A stretch of DNA of 29,934 nucleotides from Octopus sinensis (lineage: Eukaryota): NCBI RefSeq assembly GCF_006345805.1, contig NW_021829628.1:1-29934 (forward strand), written 5' to 3'. Shown in pieces: positions 21,945 to 29,934 of this stretch; position 1 is the first letter of the stretch; the number at the start of each line of letters is the position of its first letter. Below the pieces are notes generated by a model, which ran no database searches, was not told the origin of the DNA, and was given only the letters and a program-made list of their open reading frames with translations. Position numbers and translations under genes: made by a program.

Positions 21945-22087
21945 TAATAATAATAATAATAATGATAACTTCTAAAAATACCTTAGGAATGATGACCCAG
22001 GTTCGAAATTTCCCCAAGACACCTGATGAAGGCTGGAGGGTATATCAGCCGAAACGTTGTGTTAACAACAAACAAGATGAGGACAAA
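21801..22087 (+). mobile_element. Family-H tRNA-headed hammerhead element, copy 2
   Basis: tggcgtagtagttaag head, (AAT)n, second ggttcgaaat box, hammerhead motif. Confidence 0.8.
22018..22063 (+). ncRNA. Type I minimal hammerhead ribozyme motif (intact)
   Basis: gacac-CUGAUGA-A-ggctg(gagggtatat)cagcc-GAAA-CG-UU-gtgtt: stems I and II pair, stem III is only the palindrome AACGUU (dimer-type). Confidence 0.7.
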
Positions 22088-22902
22088 CTCTCTCACTTTC
22101 TACAGGTTCCCTTTCTAAGCCCTCCTCCTAATTCTCTCATACTTCACTCTCTCCCTCTCAAACCCCGAACAACCATCATGCACTATCTTCCTCCATCCAC
22201 ACAAGCACATGTATATACACACATATAAAAACGTGCATAGACACACACACACACACTCACACAATTCTGACCTCTAAGACCAGCCCCCAAAACCACTGAA
22301 CCATGACAGACTAGCTCAGAAACAAAAAAATCCTTTTGATTCCATATTGCTCTTCCTTCCTCCCACCCCAAGCAATCTCCCACATTATCCCTTAAAATAG
22401 CGAACATTCATTAGCTACACACAAGACAGAAAATGTCAAACAGACAGGTCAGTAATTCCTCTCCAATTTTTTGTAAATTCTTAAATATATCTCCTTGTGT
22501 ATATATATTACCAAACAAACATGATTTTTATTGAACTCAAAATCCTACTTGTAGTCCCTTTCTTGAATACCTTCTTGGAAACTATTTTTAACATTTTCTT
22601 ATCATTATCAAGGATAGTATAACTGTATTTTAATACTTTTGTGATAACCACTACTTAACACAACAAAGCTTATGCAAAGATTTACATTTTACTTTTGATA
22701 CACACGGACCAGGGTTTCTGATTATTGACCCGGTTGTCGATGTGAAGTGCTATTCCGATGCAAATACATATATCCTTTTTCCAGTGATGAAAAGTGACTG
22801 ATATCGAAAAAGAGTAAACAAGCAATAATAAATCTCTGAGCGAGGTATAAACAGTAGCTGCACGACATCGTGAAGTATATTTGCCACTTAAATGTGGCTA
22901 AC

Positions 22903-23145
22903 CCTTAAGGGTGGATGCTACTGTAGCTTGAAGCCCCAGGAGGACACCTCCTCCAACTGGTTATTGACATACTTTCTGTACCCTACCAGTATTTGCAAAG
23001 CGAAGTCATCCTTCCCATCTCCAACCTGACGTGATACACACAGACCGGGTTTCTGAGTATTGACCCGTCATCAGCGTGTGACAACCACCGGTTGACGATG
23101 TGAAGCTACTGTGTACACCCCGCTCAGAGATTTATTATTGCTTAT
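22903..23145 (-). mobile_element. ~245-bp hammerhead-like repeat, copy 2
   Basis: Matches 18578-18823; motif at 23037-23080 with stem II GGGU/ACUC. A core-deleted partial copy lies at 22697-22750. Confidence 0.6.
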
Positions 23146-23171
23146 ATATAAAACATATATATATATATAAA

Positions 23172-23224
<53 letters not shown>

Positions 23225-23234
23225 ATATATATAT

Positions 23235-24953
23235 AAATCCTTAAATCCCTTAAATCCTTAAATGTTTTAGCCCGAAGGCCGCGGCCATGCTGGGCACCCC
23301 CGCTAATGAGCCACACTAGTTTGTGAATCACCTCTGATACGTGGCACTTGATCAACAGGGAGTTTCGATGCTGCTGCCCGCATCCGCGTCTCCTGTCGTG
23401 AGGTTAGGTTCATCTGGGACTTCCAACAAGAAAGATCCAGTTTTAGTTTTAGAAACCCACATCCACACCATGTAAGTCTCTCAGGCATTTAGGGAGGATG
23501 TTGAAAAGCTGTGGTCCTCTGAAACCCAAGCTGTTGCCGTATCGTGACCTTATTTTGATGGTGATGTTGGAATCCTTGGCACCACGCAGCGGCGCCCCCG
23601 TTCTGCGGTTGGAAGTACTTTGAATGCCAAAGTTTGGGATAGACCCTCCAGGATTTTCCAGATTTATTACTGCATATCTCTCCCGCCTCCGCTCCAGGGA
23701 GAAGAGTTGAATACCTTCAGTCTTTCCCAGTATCTGACATTTTGCATGAGACGATTTTCTTTGTGTAGCTTCTCTGAGTTCTTCGAGTTTCTGCTGTTTG
23801 TTTTAATTTGTGTGTGACCAAATTGGGAGCAGTAGTCCAAGCGGCTGAGGACAAATGTTTTCATAGGACCATCAGTGTCTCCTTCTCTCTTTTTCTGAAA
23901 GTTCGGAGAATCCATCCAGCTAGCCGTCTGCATTTTTATCACCAGATTGCAATATGCATTGGAAAGATGCATCATTGCCCTGTTAATGCCCAGGTCACCG
24001 CACTGATTTTGTCTCAGGGATTGCAATTCTCCTGGGCCATGTATCCAGTTCTTCACGGCATTTACCTTTGTGTGCCAGTAGCGCAGCCTGGAACTTACCG
24101 TACCTGCAAATTAACCTGCATGTTCTTTGTCCTCAGCCCACCTGTATATTGTGTCCCAGCTCATGTTGCAGATGCCGCAATATTTCATGGTTCTGTATTG
24201 CGCGGGAGACCTTTGTGTCCATCTGCATAGCTAGCAAGGGTGGTCCATCGTAGCAACTGAAGGCATGTCTGAAAGGGCCACTATTAACATCAGTGGCCCC
24301 AAGACAGTGCCCTGTGGGACAACCGCTTGTTATTTGCGTTCCCTGGAGGTGGCTCCATTGCTCACAACTGCCTGTTTTCTGTCTTTTAGGAAGTTGTGGC
24401 AGCCCCTCTCCAGGTTCCCGCCTATGCCGAGACCACGCAGTTTATGACAATCATAACCATGGTCGACTTTATCAAGCTTTTGCAAAGTCAAGATTATTAC
24501 ATCCACATTTGAGGCCACTTTAGTAGCTTTTCAACATCCCAGTCATAGTGCTGCAGGAGCTGTTTAGGCAGCCTCTACCTTGTCGAAATCCATGCGGGTG
24601 TCAGACAGTAGTCATTTTTCTCAAGAACATGATTAGTTTCTTACTGACTATTCGTTCCATGACTTTGCTGATGTGTAAGGTCAGAGAGATAGGCCCTATA
24701 ATTTTTAGCATCTGCTCTGCTACCTCCCTTATGGATAGGGCATATTACCCCCTCTTTCAGTTTGACTGGGAGCTTACCACTTGCAAGAAAGCTCTGAAAA
24801 AGAAGCTGTAGCGGTTTTGCAAGGGCTCGTTTGCACGATTTGAGAAGGATGCGCTGGGAATCCATCAGGTCCAGCAGCTGAGTTTTGTGTCAATCTCATC
24901 AATGGCTAGTGTCAATCTCATCAATGGCTAGTGTTCAATCTCATCAATGGCTA
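23235..24953 (-). mobile_element. CR1/L2-group LINE, 5'-truncated, degraded ORF2 (RT) plus 3' end
   Basis: AIDEIDTNSAAGPDGF.. LAKPLQLLFQSFLASGKLPVKLKEGVICPIHKGGSRADAKNYR, LDKVDHG, LASYAD, VLSRLDYCSQ, GPQLFNILPKCLRDLHGVD; 3' tail of (atttaagg)n repeats at 23235-23262. Confidence 0.92.
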
Positions 24954-24954
24954 A

Positions 24955-24981
24955 ATTATATATATCTATATATATATAATC

Positions 24982-25053
<72 letters not shown>

Positions 25054-25065
25054 GATAATATATAG

Positions 25066-25114
<49 letters not shown>

Positions 25115-25310
25115 AACATATATATAATATATATATATATATAAACATAGATATAAATATATATATATATCTATATATAAAACATATTTATAAATTATAT
25201 TATATATATCTATATCTATTATAATCTATATATATATATATATATATCTATATATATATATATAAACATATATATAACAATATATATATATATATCTATA
25301 TATATATATT
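24955..25310. repeat. (TA)n microsatellite
   Basis: Low-complexity TA run. Confidence 0.95.
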
Positions 25311-25460
25311 TGTTGAAATAGAAAGATGAATTTTCTTGTTACAGATTATTCAAAAGTTTAACCGATACCTGGGTAGCAAAAAATCACAGCAAAATAACCG
25401 TTTGAGATAAGACCACTTGGTGTTGCAACCGTGCGTTGGTGCGGATAATTGAAGTTTAAT

Positions 25461-25570
25461 ATTATTATTGAATGGAAGAAATGGAGTGAACGAAGATTGT
25501 AACAAATTTCTTTATAAATGGAATTCTGTACAATCTTCGTTCAACTCCATTTCTTCCATTCAATAATAAT
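25461..25570. repeat. Inverted repeat / 110-nt hairpin
   Basis: 25461-25500 is the reverse complement of 25530-25570 with one bulged base. Confidence 0.9.
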
Positions 25571-25574
25571 GTTA

Positions 25575-25579
25575 TATAT

Positions 25580-25611
<32 letters not shown>

Positions 25612-25620
25612 ATCTATATT

Positions 25621-25659
<39 letters not shown>

Positions 25660-26025
25660 TACATATATATATAAACATATATACTATACATCATATATAC
25701 TATATATATAAACATATATATATATACATATATATATACATATATTATACAACATATATATATATACATATAATATATACATATATATATATACATATAT
25801 ATATAAACATATATATATATATACATATATATATAAACATATATATATATACACATATATATATAAACACATATATATATATATACATATATATAGACAT
25901 CTATATAAAGATATATATACATACATAGATATAAACATATATATATATATACCTATATATAAACATATATATATGTATATATATATGTATATATATATAT
26001 ATACATGTCTATATACATGTATATA
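25575..26025. repeat. (TA)n/(TACA) microsatellite
   Basis: Low-complexity; source of spurious Y/I-rich ORFs. Confidence 0.95.
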
Positions 26026-26028
26026 TTG

Positions 26029-28660
26029 ACACATTCTTTACCAACAAGCCATCCCACAAGGCATCTTGGAAACATCCAAGATCTCACTGGCATCAGCTGG
26101 ATCTCATCATTACACGGAGATCCTTTCTGAATTCTATTCTATTGACCCGCAGTTACCACAGCGCGGATTGTGACACAGATCACTCACTGATTAGAAGTAG
26201 GTTGAGGATTCTGCCTAAAAAAGTCCATCACTCCAAGAAAGTGGGACGACCACGCATTAACACTGCCAGAACCTCGAACCCTACACTGCGAAAATGTTTT
26301 GCTGCTTCTATCAAGGTTGCCCTCAGCAGCTGCCCAACCTCCTCTGCTGAAAGTAGGTGGAACTATATCAGGGAAGCTTTGTATACGACATCAATAGATA
26401 CTTTCGGCATGAGAGAAAGGCAAAACCCAGATTGGTTCAATGCTGGGCTCTCAGAGCTGGAGCCAGTTATCGAAGCAAAGCGTGCAGCTCTGGTGCAATA
26501 CAAGAGTGACTCTTCTACAAAGTCACTCGAAGAACTCAGAAAGGCACGAAATAAAACCCAACTGACAGCCAGACGCTGTGCAAATAGATATTGGCAGGAA
26601 ATCTGTCAGAGTATCCAGTCAGCTGCTGACGGGGGCGACAGCTGTGGGATGTATGCCGGTTTGAAGAAGGCCCTCGGTCCATCCGCACCAAGTGCAGCCC
26701 CTCTGAAATCAACTACTGGAGATCTCATCAGGGATCAAGGCAAGCAAATGGATAGATGGGTGGAGCACTACCAGTCTCTACTCACGGGAGACTACAGTGG
26801 CTGAGGCTGCAGTCGAGAGTGTAAGATCTTGCCAGTCATGTGCGAACTTGACAGTTCACCATCTATAGCAGAGCTCACCAAGGCTATTGACTCCTAGCAA
26901 GAAACAAGGCTCCAGGAAAAGACGGCATCCCCTCAGATATCATCAAAGCCGGCAAAAACACCATCCTGCTTCGGCACCTTCATGAGCTTCTGTGTCAGTG
27001 CTGGGAAGAGAGTACGGTCCCCCAGGATATGCAGGATGCTAATATCATTACGCTTTACAAAAACAAAGGTGACCGTGGTGATTGTAACAATTACCGTGGA
27101 ATATCTCTTCTAAGCACTGTTGGAAATACCTTTGCCTGCGTTATCCTGGCCAGGCTACAACTACTTGCTTCTCGAATCTATCCGGAATTGCAGTGTGGCT
27201 TTAGAAGAAGCAGATCAACTATTGATATGATATTCTCCATACGCCAACTTCAGGAGAAGTCCAGAGAGCAGAAAATGCCATTATATATGGCCTTCATTGA
27301 TCTAACAAAGGCCTTTGACTCGGTAAGCAGAACGGCCTCTTCATCTTGCTTCAAAAAATCGGATGTCCCCAAAGCTGCTGAGGATCATCAAGTCTTTCCA
27401 TGATGATATGCAAGGCAACCATACAGCACAATGGTTCAACATCAGCCGCCTTCCAAATAAAAAACGGGGTAAAGCAAGTTTGTGTCCTCGCTCCTACATT
27501 ATTTGACATCTTCTCTTCTCGCTCTTACTCTCACATGCTTTCAGACATCAGATGATGTAGTGTAGAAGTGACGGGAAACTGTTCAATCTCTCGCGCCTGC
27601 GTGCCAAGTACCAAAATCAGAAACGTCCTGATCAAGGAGATGCTATTTGCTGATGATGCCGCTCTGATATCACACACAGAAGAAGCCTCCAAAGGCTCAT
27701 TAACTGTTTTGAGCAAGCATGTAACGACTTTGGCTTAGCTATCAGCCTTAAGAAGACCAACATCATGGGTCAGGCTACATCGGACATCCCAAACATACAT
27801 ATTGGAGACCACAGATTACAAGAGGTGGAGAAGTTTACCTATCTTGGCTCTACCGTCACCTACAACCTATCCCTTGACGCTGAGCTCAATATACGCATTG
27901 GCAAGGCAGCTACTGCGATGGCCCAACTCTCCAAACGGGCGTGGGACAACAAGAAGCTGACCAAGACCACGAAAATGAAGATCTACCAGGCATGTGTACT
28001 TAGCACTCTACTATATGGAAGTGAGACTTGGACGCTATACACGCGCTAAGAGCGTCACCTAAACATCTTTCACCTGCGCTGCCTCCGGAAAATCCTCCGC
28101 ATCAAATTGTAGAATCATATCCCCAACAAAGACGTCCTCAAGCAAGCAGGAATACCAAGCATGTTTGCACTCCTCACACAAAGACGTATGAGATGGCTTG
28201 GGCATGTTAGCCGTATGAAGAGGCAGAATCCCCAAGGACATATCCTACGGAGAGCTTGCTGGGGGTACTTAGGTCTGTGGGTAGACCGTTCTTACGTTTA
28301 CAAGGGTTTGCAAAAGGGACATGAAGGCCTGCAACATCAATATTAGCGGTTGGGAAGCAGTTGCCGGCAACCGTGGAGAATGGCGACGTACCGTATAAAG
28401 AGGGAATACAAAGGAGTGACAGAGAGAGAGAGAGAGAGAAATGGAAAGACAAGAAAAGACGTCAACAAGAAACTATGGCATTACAAAAGCCAGGAACAGT
28501 CTTCGCTACATTTGCGGTACCTGCCAGAGGGAAGTTTTGTCCAGGATAGGACTACACAGCCACAGCAGGAATGTATTAGGATATGAAATGTAAAAGCCGG
28601 ACTGGACTATTTTATGCGCCAACTCCATAGTCTCCCGAGACAGAAAGGATGCCAACAATA
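26029..28660 (+). mobile_element. RTE-clade LINE (BovB-like), 5'-truncated, with stops and frameshifts
   Basis: APE C-terminal part (..WKHPRSHWHQLDLIITRR..TRSYHSADCDTDHSL), RT (KGDRGDCNNYRGISLLS, QCGFRRSRSTIDMIF, AFIDLTKAFDSVSR, LFADDAAL, FTYLGS, LLYGSETW), C-terminal CGTCQREVLSRIGLHSHSR finger, RTE-type 3' end tctcccgagacagaaaggatgccaac. Confidence 0.95.
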
Positions 28661-28691
28661 TATATTGACATATAGACATATACATATATAG

Positions 28692-28726
<35 letters not shown>

Positions 28727-28729
28727 ACA

Positions 28730-28809
<80 letters not shown>

Positions 28810-29182
28810 AAATATATGACAGCTGTATCCTCGTTACACAAGAAAAGCCATTGCCAAGAAGACTTACTGAAATGATTCATGATTATCGCCATGTAATGCT
28901 CTTATATGACTTTTAAGCTCAGCCAAGCTTTTTCGCATTTTATTACATACTGGACAACTGTGCTGTCTGGCAGGGGAAACAGGTGCCACCATATGCACTC
29001 TCTTAACATCTCTTTTTAGACATCGAAATGAGAGGCACACCCACATTTTACACACATTGTTATAAGTTTTAATAGCCACACCATTGTTTATCTTGGGTCG
29101 ATTTCTTTATCATGGCTCACCAGGCCTGCACGACTTCAAACATCCTCGACCACAAACCACATACATAAAAAGCAGCCACATA

Positions 29183-29430
29183 TGGCGTAGTAGTTAAGGG
29201 CGCGGATTACTAAAGCCAAGATTCCGAATTCGATTTCAGACAATGACCTAAATAATAACGATGATAATAATAATGATAATAATAATAATAGCAACAACAA
29301 CAACAACAACAACATCGAAAAATACCTTAGGATGAGAACCCAGGTTCGAAATTTCCCCAAGACACCTGATGAAGGCTGGAGGGTATATCAGCCGAAACGT
29401 TGTGTTAACAACAAACAAGATGAGGACAAA
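29183..29430 (+). mobile_element. Family-H tRNA-headed hammerhead element, copy 3
   Basis: Same organisation as 21801-22087. Confidence 0.8.
29361..29406 (+). ncRNA. Type I minimal hammerhead ribozyme motif (intact)
   Basis: Identical motif to 22018-22063. Confidence 0.7.
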
Positions 29431-29934
29431 CTCCCTCACTTTCTACAGGTTCCCCTTTCTAAGACCCCCTTCTAATCCTCTCATACTTCACTCTCTCCCT
29501 CTCAAACCCTGAACAACCATCATGCACTATATTCCTCCATCCATCACGGTCTTGTGGTTCCCTCTCCCAATTGCCAACAGCAATTCTTGTCTGTATTGGA
29601 GCATTTTTAAGGCAATCCTTAAACCTTAGTTTAGGCTTATGCGCTGGTCTCCTGCCATCTTCCAGCTCACCATACAGTAGCTGCTTGGGCAGTCGCTCAT
29701 CACTCATCCTCACTAAATATCCTCCCCACCCACCTAAAACGCCTTTGCAAAATCATTAACTCTATACTACCACTCCTCTCAAGCACCCCCACATTACTAA
29801 TGGCCATTTTCCAGTCTCACCCCAAAATTTTTCTCAGACCAGAATGACATCAACATATATAGACATATATACAAACACACACACGCACACACACACACAC
29901 ACAACACACACACACACCACACACACACACACAC

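Larger units (their letters stand above)
21445..22200 (-). mobile_element. RTE-clade LINE 3' end carrying an antisense family-H element (composite, copy 1)
   Basis: Colinear with 28815-29545; degraded zinc-finger-coding 3' end; family-H insertion at 21801-22087. Confidence 0.75.
28815..29715 (-). mobile_element. RTE-clade LINE 3' end with tandem zinc fingers and antisense family-H element (composite, copy 2)
   Basis: RMSDERLPKQLLYGELEDGRRPAHKPKLRFKDCLK...WE...DR..WR (RTE ORF2 C-terminus); beyond the insertion, a frameshifted VCGRGC.SRAGLVSH, a degraded second finger and CPVCNKMRKSLAELKSHIRALH (C-x2-C-x12-H-x4-H). Confidence 0.85.

Noticed and set aside
18578-23145. LTR retrotransposon defined by the two 245-bp direct repeats
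   Set aside because: No TG...CA ends, PBS, PPT or gag/pol; the interior is a mosaic of unrelated insertions.
25336-25420. Acceptor-like ttgttacag followed by short open frames
   Set aside because: All frames stop quickly, there is no good donor, and no homology was recognised.

Overview
Eukaryotic, AT-rich, repeat-dense genomic DNA. The SINE complement and very long (TA)n/(CA)n/(TATG)n microsatellites suggest an octopus (inference from remembered repeat families, not a database search). Almost all ORFs in the supplied track are microsatellite or SINE artefacts. One host gene can be assembled by hand on the + strand: a PX-domain sorting nexin of the SNX10/SNX11 type, with exons 2400-2489, 7538-7638, 13315-13413, 15984-16139 and 17389-17452. 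All junctions are GT-AG and join in frame; the start exon was not found. The rest is transposon-derived: several tRNA-derived SINE families, a CR1/L2-group LINE (23.2-24.9 kb, -), RTE LINEs (26.0-28.7 kb, +; two 3' fragments on -), a Penelope-like RT fragment, a non-autonomous Helitron, mariner and hAT MITEs, and a restriction-like-endonuclease non-LTR fragment. Main observations: (1) a tRNA-headed SINE-like element carrying a Penelope-type minimal hammerhead ribozyme fold (3 copies); (2) a second hammerhead-like motif in a 245-bp repeat; (3) a SINE family that multimerises its body, including one head plus 14 x ~184-bp units with higher-order structure; (4) a SINE and a LINE sharing a 3' end with a covarying hairpin; (5) an RTE+SINE composite present twice. 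All alignments and folds were done by eye, and repeat boundaries are approximate.
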